A DNA stretch of 7,931 nucleotides. Origin: a virus (lineage: Duplodnaviria > Heunggongvirae > Uroviricota > Caudoviricetes). How positions within the stretch are numbered: the stretch's first letter is position 1; each line of letters begins with the position of its first letter. Shown here piece after piece: positions 1 through 5,938 of the stretch. A program made the position numbers and the translations under genes. The DNA is taken from positions 1-7,931 of the IMG/VR virus record IMGVR_UViG_2684622582_000001; one strand, 5' to 3'. The notes under the pieces were generated by a model, which worked only from the letters and a program-made list of their open reading frames with translations, searched no databases and had not been told where the DNA came from.

Positions 1-40
1 TATTTTTTGATGTTTGACATCTATTCATATCCTCATAGAT

Positions 41-66
41 AAAAAATCGCCCTCACACTGGAGGGC
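41..66 (-). terminator. Candidate rho-independent terminator at the distal end of the leftward (pL) operon
   Basis: Inverted repeat GCCCTC(49-54)/GAGGGC(61-66) with a 6-nt loop; on the minus strand the stem is followed by GATTTTTT (plus-strand A-run 41-48). It lies about 135 nt downstream of the stop of the 201..824 gene. Confidence 0.5.
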
Positions 67-200
67 AAAGAAGATTTCCAATAATCAGAACAAGTCGGCT
101 CCTGTTTAGTTACGAGCGACATTGCTCCGTGTATTCACTCGTTGGAATGAATACACAGTGCAGTGTTTATTCTGTTGTTTATGCCAAAAATAAAGGACGA

Positions 201-824
201 TTATGCGACCTCGGAAGGAAGTCCAATCATCTTATTCAAATCTTCTACCCGTAAAGCAGGAAGTGCTGTACTTGCTTTATCTGCTTCTTTTGGTAGCAAC
301 TCTTTGCTTTCAGGCCAAACTTCAATAAGTCGCTTAACTGTTGTGACTGAGTTCAAAGCAGCCCATACATTTGATTCGATATCCTTTTTCTTGGCTTCAA
401 GTTTTTGTTGCAATGCGCAGATTTCATCAAACCTTTTTGTTATTTCGTGTTCTGCGCTAAACATGCATTTATCTTTGGTCGGAGTAGGGAGCAATATATC
501 TTCGCCGTTGCCGTCTTTCCCATATGAATACCAGCCAACCCTTCTGCCAGATACAGTCAGATAAATTGAAGTTGAACGGGCATCGCATGAGTAAAATGAA
601 CATCCCAGCTTTTCAAGTTCTTCGCTTATAGCCATTAACTTGGATGATAACTGATCCACTTCCTCAGTTTTCTTTTTACCGCCAAACGCAACAACTCTGG
701 CGTCAAGTGCAAGCTGGTTATTTAACTTTGTTACTTCTTTAAGTTCAGTGAAAACCCCAGACTTAATTAAAGCGTTACGAGCGATTATCTCTTTCATTCT
801 CGTTGTTAAGCGGATTGATGACAT
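201..824 (-). CDS. Hypothetical protein (207 aa), accessory gene distal to N in the leftward operon; function unknown
   Basis: Long minus-strand ORF (track 201..884). Start is chosen at the ATG at 822-824 (MSSIRLTTRMKE...), 11 nt after the N stop at 836-838, with a purine-rich GAGAGAA upstream; the track's upstream Met would overlap N by about 48 nt. No transmembrane segment or motif I can recognise. The coding region is visibly more AT-rich than the flanking N and repressor genes. Confidence 0.6.
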   Translation of the reverse strand: MSSIRLTTRMKEIIARNALIKSGVFTELKEVTKLNNQLALDARVVAFGGKKKTEEVDQLSSKLMAISEELEKLGCSFYSCDARSTSIYLTVSGRRVGWYSYGKDGNGEDILLPTPTKDKCMFSAEHEITKRFDEICALQQKLEAKKKDIESNVWAALNSVTTVKRLIEVWPESKELLPKEADKASTALPALRVEDLNKMIGLPSEVA

Positions 825-835
825 ATTAATTTCTC

Positions 836-1135
836 TCAAATAAGTGGTTTGCTGCCTAATTTCATTTTCTGGCGACCAACACAAGTCACACCCATTTCAC
901 TGCGTGGCTTGCGGTAGTAAATACGGTTCTGTTTACGCTCGACTTCATCTGCCTTCTTGCTGAGAAGGCTGCCAAGTGATGCTGCTTTGTCTGCTCTGAC
1001 GCAACCAGAGAGCTTTAGCGCAATCTTCCTCGCCAGTCGCTGTTCTTTCATTGCCTGTTCACGTTGAGCCTGTCTGCGTGCTCTGCGGCGATTTCTGGCG
1101 TTATCGTCAGCCAGATATGTAATGACTACTGTCAT
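836..1135 (-). CDS. N: N-family transcription antitermination protein
   Basis: 99-aa minus-strand ORF. The C-terminus (RKQNRIYYRKPRSEMGVTCVGRQKMKLGSKPLI) closely parallels the lambda N C-terminus as recalled (RKNQRTWYSKPGERGITCSGRQKIKGKSIPLI). An N-terminal arginine-rich motif (NARNRRRARRQAQREQ) is present. GGAGG RBS (revcomp of 1141-1145) sits about 5 nt upstream of the ATG. Position is immediately downstream of pL/nutL. Confidence 0.85.
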   Translation of the reverse strand: MTVVITYLADDNARNRRRARRQAQREQAMKEQRLARKIALKLSGCVRADKAASLGSLLSKKADEVERKQNRIYYRKPRSEMGVTCVGRQKMKLGSKPLI

Positions 1136-1248
1136 GTTGACCTCCGATGATTGACTTTAGCGGTGACGTGACGGGGGAGGGAGGTTAACTCCCTGATGCT
1201 GTCGCGCGGCTGCACTTCACATCACCCCAAAGCCAACTACTCTTTGGT

Positions 1249-1290
1249 TCCCGCATTTCGGCGGGACAATCCCATCAATGTTAAAGAGCC
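1249..1290 (-). promoter_or_regulatory. nutL: boxA-like element followed by boxB hairpin (read on the minus strand)
   Basis: Minus-strand boxA-like GGCTCTTTAA (revcomp of 1281-1290; consensus CGCTCTTTA). 14 nt further along the transcript is the hairpin TCCCGC-CGAAAT-GCGGGA (revcomp of 1249-1266), identical to the boxB of nutR at 2403-2420. It sits between the pL candidate and the N start. Confidence 0.7.
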
Positions 1291-1336
1291 TGCCAATCTG
1301 TTCCGTTTGGCTACCAGCGTCCTGCTGATGACTTAA

Positions 1337-1363
1337 ATTTAAGATTTCTTTAATTAGTGGTCA
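1337..1363 (-). promoter_or_regulatory. OL operator (P22 c2 type) with candidate pL promoter
   Basis: ATTTAAGATTTCTTTAAT at 1337-1354 fits the P22 operator pattern ANTNAAG-N4-CTTNANT and is near-identical to OR1 here. On the minus strand TTGACC (revcomp of 1358-1363) is a -35 candidate with TTAAAT (revcomp of 1336-1341) about 16 nt downstream as -10. Further degenerate operator-like TTAAG/CTTAA repeats occur at 1381-1420. Confidence 0.55.
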
Positions 1364-1427
1364 AGGGTATTTTTGAAGAAAACTTAAATTTTTATTGCGA
1401 GGCTTAAGTTTTGCTTTGATTTTTAAA

Positions 1428-1455
1428 GGAAAGAAAAAAGGGGCGAATGCCCCTT
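1428..1455 (-). terminator. Rho-independent terminator at the end of the repressor gene
   Basis: Stem GGGGC(1440-1444)/GCCCC(1449-1453) with loop GAAT, extendable by AA/TT pairs. On the minus strand it is followed by TTTTTTCTTTCC (plus A-run 1428-1437). The hairpin overlaps the repressor stop codon at 1454-1456. Confidence 0.6.
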
Positions 1456-2104
1456 ATGGAAGGTTTGCTATTTTTGCATCGACAACTACACCGATGATTT
1501 TGCAGTTCCCGTTGATCTCAATCATCGGATATTGTGGGTTAAGTGGTTTTAGAAACCTCCTGCCAGCATCAATAACTAACTTCTTGAAAGTTGCCTCGTT
1601 TTCTCCTTCGAGCTTTGCCACTACCAGCTTCCCATTACGAGGTTCTACTTCAGGATCGACGAGTATTATCATCCCTTCAGGGATGCTAAGACCGGCTGGA
1701 GCCGTCATCGAATCACCTTTTACGTCCAGCCAAAACGAATCTTCTGAACAATCTACGGTTGTATCGTACCAGTTATCTATTGCACGCTTATGATATGGCT
1801 CTACAGCTTCCATCCAACATCCTGCGCTTACCCAACTAATTAGAGGATACGAACCTCTTGGATCATGCCTGCTGTGATAGGCAATGTTTGAAAGACTATC
1901 TTCTCCTTTCAACAAGTAATCAGGGGAGCACTGCAAAGCCTTGGCTAAGGCCAATAGGTTTTCGCCATTGGGCTCAGTTTCAGAACGCTCCCATTGGGAA
2001 ATAGCAACATTAGACACGCCAACCATCTTGCCAAGGGCAGCCTGCCTAATCTTGAGTTCTTTTCTGCGAGCGCGAATACGCTCACCCATCAGTTGTGTAT
2101 TCAT
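1454..2104 (-). CDS. c2: Phage repressor, P22 c2 type (HTH N-terminal domain plus LexA-like S24 self-cleaving C-terminal domain)
   Basis: 216-aa ORF that is near-identical along its length to the P22 c2 repressor as I recall it (MNTQLMGERIRARRK...KIIGVVVDAKIANLP). HTH region (QAALGKMVGVSNVAISQWER) is present. C-terminal domain carries the S24 Ser/Lys dyad context (GDSM ... KLVVAKLEG). Divergent from cro across an operator region. Confidence 0.95.
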   Translation of the reverse strand: MNTQLMGERIRARRKELKIRQAALGKMVGVSNVAISQWERSETEPNGENLLALAKALQCSPDYLLKGEDSLSNIAYHSRHDPRGSYPLISWVSAGCWMEAVEPYHKRAIDNWYDTTVDCSEDSFWLDVKGDSMTAPAGLSIPEGMIILVDPEVEPRNGKLVVAKLEGENEATFKKLVIDAGRRFLKPLNPQYPMIEINGNCKIIGVVVDAKIANLP

Positions 2105-2170
2105 AGTTAAGATATCTTAAATAAACTTGACTTAAGATTCCTTTGATAGATAATTTAAGTGTTCTTTAAT
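2105..2170. promoter_or_regulatory. OR3-OR2-OR1 operators with pR (rightward) and the pRM region (leftward)
   Basis: Three 18-bp sites fit the P22 operator pattern ANTNAAG-N4-CTTNANT: AGTTAAGATATCTTAAAT (2105-2122), ACTTAAGATTCCTTTGAT (2130-2147) and ATTTAAGTGTTCTTTAAT (2153-2170). pR candidate is -35 TTGACT (2127-2132) and -10 GATAAT (2149-2154), 16-bp spacer, about 30 nt upstream of the cro ATG. OR3 abuts the repressor start codon. Confidence 0.8.
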
Positions 2171-2184
2171 TTCGGAGCGAGTCT

Positions 2185-2370
2185 ATGTACAAGAAAGATG
2201 TTATCGACCACTTCGGAACCCAGCGTGCGGTAGCTAAAGCGTTAGGCATTAGCGATGCAGCAGTCTCTCAGTGGAAGGAAGTCATCCCAGAGAAAGACGC
2301 CTATCGACTGGAAGTCGTTACAGCTGGCGCCCTGAAGTATCAAGAAAGTGCTTATCGCAAAGCGGCATAA
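2185..2370 (+). CDS. cro: Cro repressor, P22 type
   Basis: 61-aa ORF that is near-identical to P22 Cro as recalled (MYKKDVIDHFGTQRAVAKALGISDAAVSQWKEVIPEKDAYRLE...). Contains an HTH. GGAGCGAG RBS precedes the ATG at 2185. First gene rightward of OR. Confidence 0.95.
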   Translation: MYKKDVIDHFGTQRAVAKALGISDAAVSQWKEVIPEKDAYRLEVVTAGALKYQESAYRKAA

Positions 2371-2377
2371 GCAAATT

Positions 2378-2421
2378 GCTCTTTAACAGTCATGGTCATC
2401 ATTCCCGCCGAAATGCGGGAA
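2378..2421 (+). promoter_or_regulatory. nutR: boxA followed by boxB hairpin
   Basis: boxA-like GCTCTTTAA at 2378-2386 (consensus CGCTCTTTA). 15 nt downstream is the hairpin TTCCCGC-CGAAAT-GCGGGAA (2402-2421; 7-bp stem, 6-nt loop), whose 18-nt core equals the nutL boxB. It lies between the cro stop (2370) and the cII-like start (2479). Confidence 0.75.
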
Positions 2422-2427
2422 TACAAA

Positions 2428-2460
2428 GCGCATCAGTTGGTGCGCATAACTTCTTATTTG
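2428..2460 (+). terminator. Possible tR1-like terminator between nutR and the cII-like gene
   Basis: Short hairpin GCGCA(2428-2432)/TGCGC(2441-2445) with an 8-nt loop, followed by moderately T-rich sequence (ATAACTTCTTATTTGTT). The stem is weak; lambda tR1 is rho-dependent, so sequence evidence is intrinsically limited. Confidence 0.3.
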
Positions 2461-2478
2461 TTAAGGAAATACTTACAT

Positions 2479-2757
2479 ATGGAACTTACAAGTACTCGCA
2501 AGAAAGCGAATGCAATTACAAGCAACATCCTGAATCGAATTGCTGTACGTGGTCAGCGAAAGGTTGCTGATGCATTAGGGATCAATGAATCGCAAATTTC
2601 GCGATGGAAAGACAGCTTTATCCCAAAGATGGCCATGCTTCTGGCTGTGCTGGAGTGGGGTGTTGAAGACGAGGAATTAGCGGAGCTGGCAAAGAAAGTA
2701 GCCATGGTGCTGACAAAAGAAAAGCCTCAAGACTGCTGCAACAGTTTTGAGGCCTGA
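2479..2757 (+). CDS. cII: CII-family transcriptional activator (lambda cII / P22 c1 analog)
   Basis: 92-aa product from the ATG at 2479 (MELTSTRKKANAITSNILNRIA...). Aligns by eye with lambda CII (VDKSQISRWKRDWIPKFSMLLAVLEWGV versus INESQISRWKDSFIPKMAMLLAVLEWGV here). The upstream sequence AAGGAAATACTTACATATG matches the lambda cII ribosome-binding region as recalled. The track's start at 2392 would read through nutR and is rejected. Confidence 0.9.
   Translation: MELTSTRKKANAITSNILNRIAVRGQRKVADALGINESQISRWKDSFIPKMAMLLAVLEWGVEDEELAELAKKVAMVLTKEKPQDCCNSFEA
2512..2525 (-). promoter_or_regulatory. Candidate CII-binding TTGC-N6-TTGC repeat (pRE -35 region), leftward
   Basis: Minus strand reads TTGC-TTGTAA-TTGC (revcomp of 2512-2525), the spacing of the lambda pRE CII site (TTGC-N6-TTGC). 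It lies inside the 5' part of the cII-like gene, as in lambda. No convincing -10 hexamer was resolved by eye. Confidence 0.4.
2713..2753 (-). terminator. Leftward rho-independent terminator within the cII 3' end (oop-RNA-like terminator)
   Basis: Extended hairpin GCCTCAAGACTG-CTGCAA-CAGTTTTGAGGC (2724-2753, one G-U pair). On the minus strand it is followed by TTTTCTTTTGT (plus A-run 2713-2723). It ends 4 nt before the cII stop, mirroring lambda's oop terminator. Confidence 0.5.
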
Positions 2758-2791
2758 TGTAGAAAGACTGGATCAATCCACAGGAGTAATT

Positions 2792-2953
2792 ATGACAAAA
2801 CGTCGTAAGAAATACCAGGAAAAAGAAGAGATTCGACACCCTGATTCACCTGAGGGATTAGTGGTAGCCGCAGCAAATAACAGGGCGTTCGCAGAGCGCC
2901 TTGTTGGTGTTTACAGACTAGCCAAAGCAGGAGTGAAACATGGGCGTCGTTAA
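2792..2953 (+). CDS. Hypothetical small basic protein (53 aa) between the cII-like gene and the O-like gene
   Basis: In-frame ATG at 2792 preceded by CAGGAGTAATT (AGGAG RBS); product MTKRRKKYQEKEEIRHPDSPEGL.... It overlaps the O-like start by 14 nt. No recognised homolog; lambda has no gene at this position, so it could be spurious. Confidence 0.35.
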   Translation: MTKRRKKYQEKEEIRHPDSPEGLVVAAANNRAFAERLVGVYRLAKAGVKHGRR

Positions 2954-3761
2954 GTTAGCTGATTACAGGCCTCAACTGGAGGTCGTGGAGCATCGCGTGG
3001 CAGATACCGAAGATGGTTTCATGCGCGTTGCTAACGAGATTACCGACAGTCTGCTGATGGCTGATTTAACCGTCCGGCAGTTGAAGGTGATGCTCGCTAT
3101 CATGCGCAAGACATACGGATTCAATAAGCCGATGGATCGACTCACAAACACGCAGATAGCAGCCATGACAGGTATTCACCACACTCATGTTTGCGCTGCC
3201 AAGCGCCAGCTTATTGAGCGTAAATTCCTCATTGCTGATGGCGTGAAAATCGGAGTGAACAAGGTGGTTTCGCAGTGGATTAGCCAGGACAGCTTAACAT
3301 TAGCTAAAACAGCTAATAAAACATTAGCCGAGTCAGCTAATGGGTATAAGCCAAGTCAGCTAAACACAAAAGACAATATACAAAAGACAATAAATACAAA
3401 TACCCCCTTACCCCCTAACGGGGGCGGCGATGGGCAGGTTAAACCTGAACGTCGCAAGGCAGAACGCATCGACTACGAATCCTTCCTGAACGCCTACAAC
3501 ACCGAAGTCGGTGACAGACTTCCACATGCTGTTGCGGTCAACGAGAAACGCAAACGCCGCCTGAAGAAAATCATCCCGCAACTGAAAACGCCAAACGTGG
3601 ACGGTTTCAGAGCGTATGTCAGGGCGTTTGTACATCAGGCCAAGCCGTTTTACTTCGGAGACAACGACACGGGCTGGACGGCTGATTTTGATTACCTGCT
3701 GAGAGAAGACTCGTTAACGGGAGTTCGGGAAGGGAAGTTTGCAGACAGGGGGATTGCATGA
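2940..3761 (+). CDS. O: Replication initiator, lambda O-like (P22 gene 18 analog)
   Basis: 273-aa ORF with AGGAG RBS (2927-2931). N-terminal region ([38 protein letters not shown]) parallels the lambda O N-terminal domain (ADLTKRQFKVLLAILRKTYGWNKPMDRITDSQLSEIT as recalled). Iteron repeats lie inside the coding sequence. Stop overlaps the helicase start (ATGA at 3758-3761). Confidence 0.9.
   Translation: MGVVKLADYRPQLEVVEHRVADTEDGFMRVANEITDSLLMADLTVRQLKVMLAIMRKTYGFNKPMDRLTNTQIAAMTGIHHTHVCAAKRQLIERKFLIADGVKIGVNKVVSQWISQDSLTLAKTANKTLAESANGYKPSQLNTKDNIQKTINTNTPLPPNGGGDGQVKPERRKAERIDYESFLNAYNTEVGDRLPHAVAVNEKRKRRLKKIIPQLKTPNVDGFRAYVRAFVHQAKPFYFGDNDTGWTADFDYLLREDSLTGVREGKFADRGIA
3280..3424. other. 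Candidate replication origin inside the O-like gene: iterons, AT-rich tract, GC-rich inverted repeat
   Basis: About four tandem ~24-bp units sharing the core (T/C)AGC(T/C)AA, for example ACATTAGCTAAAACAGCTAATAAA (3297-3320) and ACATTAGCCGAGTCAGCTAATGGG (3321-3344). These are followed by an A-rich tract (3366-3405, ACAAAAGACAATATACAAAAGACAATAAATACAAATA) and the inverted repeat CCCCC-TAAC-GGGGG (3411-3424). Same architecture as lambdoid ori inside O. Confidence 0.6.
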
Positions 3762-5134
3762 GACAGGATATCGAAGCGAGCGTTATCGGTGGCCTGCTGA
3801 TTGGTGGATTAACTCCAACCGCCAGTGACGTTCTGGCAACGCTGGAGCCGGAAGCGTTTTCAATTCCGCTCTACAGAAAAGCCTTCGAGGTTATCCGCAA
3901 GCAGGCGCGAAACAGAAACCTAATCGACGCGCTGATGGTTGCTGAGGAATGCGGAGAGGAGCATTTCACGTCAATCCTGATGACCAGCAAAAACTGCCCG
4001 AGTGCCGCAAACCTGAAGGGATATGCCGGAATGGTCGCGGATAACTATCACCGCCGTCTGGTGCTGGAAATCATGGATGAAATGCGTGAACCAATTCAGA
4101 GCGGAACCATCGACGCATCGAGTCAGGCGATGGATGAGCTTGTAAAGCGTCTTTCAGCCATCAGAAAGCCCCGTGACGAGGTTAAACCTGTACGGTTAGG
4201 GGAAATCATTACTGACTACACTGACACGCTTGACAGGCGTCTGAGGAACGGAGAAGAGTCCGATACCCTGAAGACCGGAATCGAAGAACTTGATGCCATC
4301 ACCGGAGGGATGAACGCAGAAGACCTGGTGATAATCGCTGCTCGTCCTGGTATGGGGAAAACCGAACTGGCGCTGAAGATTGCCGAAGGCGTTGCAAGCC
4401 GCGTTATTCCTGGTTCTGACGTCCGGCGCGGGGTATTGATTTTCTCAATGGAAATGAGCGCATTGCAGATTGCAGAGCGAAGCATTGCCAACGCCGGGAG
4501 GATGTCGGTTAGTGTGCTGCGAAATCCTGCAGCGATGGATGACGAAGGCTGGGCGCGCGTTGCTAACGGCATGAGTCAGCTTGCAGATTTGGATGTATGG
4601 GTAGTCGATGCCTCGCGGTTATCGGTCGAAGAAATACGCTCAATCGCAGAACGGCACAAACAGGAAAATCCAAACCTGTCACTCATCATGGCGGATTATC
4701 TTGGCCTGATTGAGAAGCCGAAAGCAGACCGCAACGACCTCGCAATTGCTCACATCTCCGGAAGCCTGAAGGCGATGGCGAAAGACCTGAAAACGCCTGT
4801 TATCTCCCTGAGTCAGCTTTCGCGCGATGTTGAGAAGCGACCAAACAAACGCCCGACAAACGCAGATTTGCGTGATTCAGGAAGCATTGAGCAGGACGCA
4901 GACTCAATCATCATGCTCTATCGGGAAGCGGTATATGACGAGAACAGTAGCGCCGCACCATTTGCTGAAATCATCGTGACGAAAAACCGTTTTGGCTCGC
5001 TTGGTACGGTTTACCAGCGGTTCTGCAACGGGCACTTTGTTGCATGTGACCAGGATGAAGCCAGACAGATTTGCACAGCATCAAATGCACCTGCTGCGCG
5101 TGGCAGACGATATGCACAAGGGGCTGACGTATGA
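3758..5134 (+). CDS. Replicative DNA helicase, DnaB family (P22 gene 12 type)
   Basis: 458-aa ORF with DnaB-like N-terminal region. Walker A is [14 protein letters not shown] and Walker B-like is [11 protein letters not shown], with a RecA-fold C-terminal region ([10 protein letters not shown] ... [11 protein letters not shown]). Start is translationally coupled to the O-like gene. No lambda P-like loader gene is present, consistent with P22-type replication modules. Confidence 0.95.
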   Translation: MRQDIEASVIGGLLIGGLTPTASDVLATLEPEAFSIPLYRKAFEVIRKQARNRNLIDALMVAEECGEEHFTSILMTSKNCPSAANLKGYAGMVADNYHRRLVLEIMDEMREPIQSGTIDASSQAMDELVKRLSAIRKPRDEVKPVRLGEIITDYTDTLDRRLRNGEESDTLKTGIEELDAITGGMNAEDLVIIAARPGMGKTELALKIAEGVASRVIPGSDVRRGVLIFSMEMSALQIAERSIANAGRMSVSVLRNPAAMDDEGWARVANGMSQLADLDVWVVDASRLSVEEIRSIAERHKQENPNLSLIMADYLGLIEKPKADRNDLAIAHISGSLKAMAKDLKTPVISLSQLSRDVEKRPNKRPTNADLRDSGSIEQDADSIIMLYREAVYDENSSAAPFAEIIVTKNRFGSLGTVYQRFCNGHFVACDQDEARQICTASNAPAARGRRYAQGADV

Positions 5135-5214
5135 CCATCTACATCACTGAGCTAATAACAGGCCTGCTGGTAATCGCAGGCCTTTTTATTTGGGGGAGAG
5201 TAAATCGTGGTTGA
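5131..5214 (+). CDS. Possible 27-aa hydrophobic peptide (not in the supplied ORF track)
   Basis: ATG at 5131-5133 overlaps the helicase stop (ATGA), with AAGGGG 8 nt upstream. Product [27 protein letters not shown] has one predicted TM helix. Its TGA (5212-5214) overlaps the GTG start of the next ORF. Very short, so the call is speculative. Confidence 0.2.
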   Translation: MTIYITELITGLLVIAGLFIWGRVNRG

Positions 5215-5413
5215 GTTGATTTTCTCTGCATTGAGGCTTCTCGGTGCTCTGTGGATGGTGGCGACGTTCATTGTGGTTGCTGGCTGTTTTGTCCGGTTGG
5301 TAGGCGAAGGTAAAGACCTGGTGGGTGTGATTTTCGGTAGCATTCTCCTGTGGGTGATTATCGGTGTTGCGCCTGTCGCTGTAGCAAAAATGGCGTGGCG
5401 TTTTGTGAGTTGA
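5207..5413 (+). CDS. Small predicted membrane protein (68 aa, two hydrophobic helices)
   Basis: GTG start at 5207 preceded by GGGGGAGAG (5192-5200). Product has two hydrophobic stretches (LIFSALRLLGALWMVATFIVVAGCFV and LVGVIFGSILLWVIIGVAPVAV). No homolog recognised. Confidence 0.55.
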   Translation: MVELIFSALRLLGALWMVATFIVVAGCFVRLVGEGKDLVGVIFGSILLWVIIGVAPVAVAKMAWRFVS

Positions 5414-5430
5414 ACTGAGGGTAAGTATCG

Positions 5431-5739
5431 ATGGACGAATCAAGAAAGCAGTTTGAGGAATACGTTGCCAAAAAATTGAAATTACCATTCGAGATGATAA
5501 CCGAGGCAAGAAATGGTGATAGGTACTTCGCATTTTCAAGCATGGATATTCGTCACTCCTTAAATGAGTGGTGGACTTTATGGCAGGCATCGCGAGCAGT
5601 TATCGAGATTGAGCTGCAAAAGCCAAAGAAAGGCCCACTTCCCGGTGATTATCACATTGGCTATGACTCAGGTGCAGAATCGCAATACGAAAGCGATGTA
5701 GAGGCTATCCGCGCCGCTGGAATCAAAGTGAAGGAGTGA
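5431..5739 (+). CDS. Hypothetical soluble protein (102 aa)
   Basis: ATG at 5431 with GAGGGTAAG upstream. Acidic and soluble-looking product (MDESRKQFEEYVAKKLKLPFEMITEARNGDRYF...). Stop (5737-5739) overlaps the RBS and start of the next gene. No homolog recognised. Confidence 0.7.
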   Translation: MDESRKQFEEYVAKKLKLPFEMITEARNGDRYFAFSSMDIRHSLNEWWTLWQASRAVIEIELQKPKKGPLPGDYHIGYDSGAESQYESDVEAIRAAGIKVKE

Positions 5740-5741
5740 GC

Positions 5742-5927
5742 ATGAGTCGACGAAGTAGATTTTTGGGGTTTGTAATATTCCTGTCCTGCACTGGTTACAT
5801 CGTAATCTGGTCAATTTCGAACATTGACCGTGGCGGGGAATATCTCATTGTAATGTTCTTTCCTTTGTTTCTTGGGTGGTACGCCGCAAGGTTGCTGGAA
5901 GAATGGGGTTACAGGCATAAAAAATAA
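5742..5927 (+). CDS. Small predicted membrane protein (61 aa, two hydrophobic helices)
   Basis: ATG at 5742 with AAGGAG RBS at 5731-5736; the track's GTG at 5736 sits inside the RBS and is less likely. Hydrophobic segments FLGFVIFLSCTGYIVIWSI and YLIVMFFPLFLGWYAA, with a basic C-terminus. Confidence 0.6.
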   Translation: MSRRSRFLGFVIFLSCTGYIVIWSISNIDRGGEYLIVMFFPLFLGWYAARLLEEWGYRHKK

Positions 5928-5938
5928 AGGAGTGTTCA

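Noticed and set aside
163-564. 133-aa plus-strand ORF
   Set aside because: It lies entirely antisense within the 201..824 minus-strand gene, has no convincing RBS and a low-complexity product; it is a shadow ORF.
825-884. Upstream in-frame Met (track start 884) for the 201..824 gene
   Set aside because: It would overlap the N coding sequence by about 48 nt. The ATG at 822-824 sits just after the N stop with a purine-rich upstream element and is the more parsimonious start.
2392-2478. Extended N-terminus of the cII-like ORF (track start 2392)
   Set aside because: This stretch contains the nutR boxB hairpin and the putative tR1 region, and the ATG at 2479 has the conserved lambda-like cII ribosome-binding sequence.
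2271-2570. 99-aa plus-strand ORF overlapping the cro 3' end, nutR and the cII 5' end
   Set aside because: It is out of frame with two well-supported genes and spans a regulatory region; the Ser/Arg/Cys-rich product is implausible.
2618-3635. Minus-strand ORFs 2618..2839, 2972..3166 and 3408..3635
   Set aside because: They are antisense to the cII-like and O-like genes with no start signals; shadow ORFs. The only supported minus-strand element here is the oop-like terminator.
4216-4572. 118-aa minus-strand ORF inside the helicase gene
   Set aside because: It is antisense to the strongly supported DnaB-family helicase and has a Ser/Ala/Pro-rich product typical of reverse-frame artefacts.
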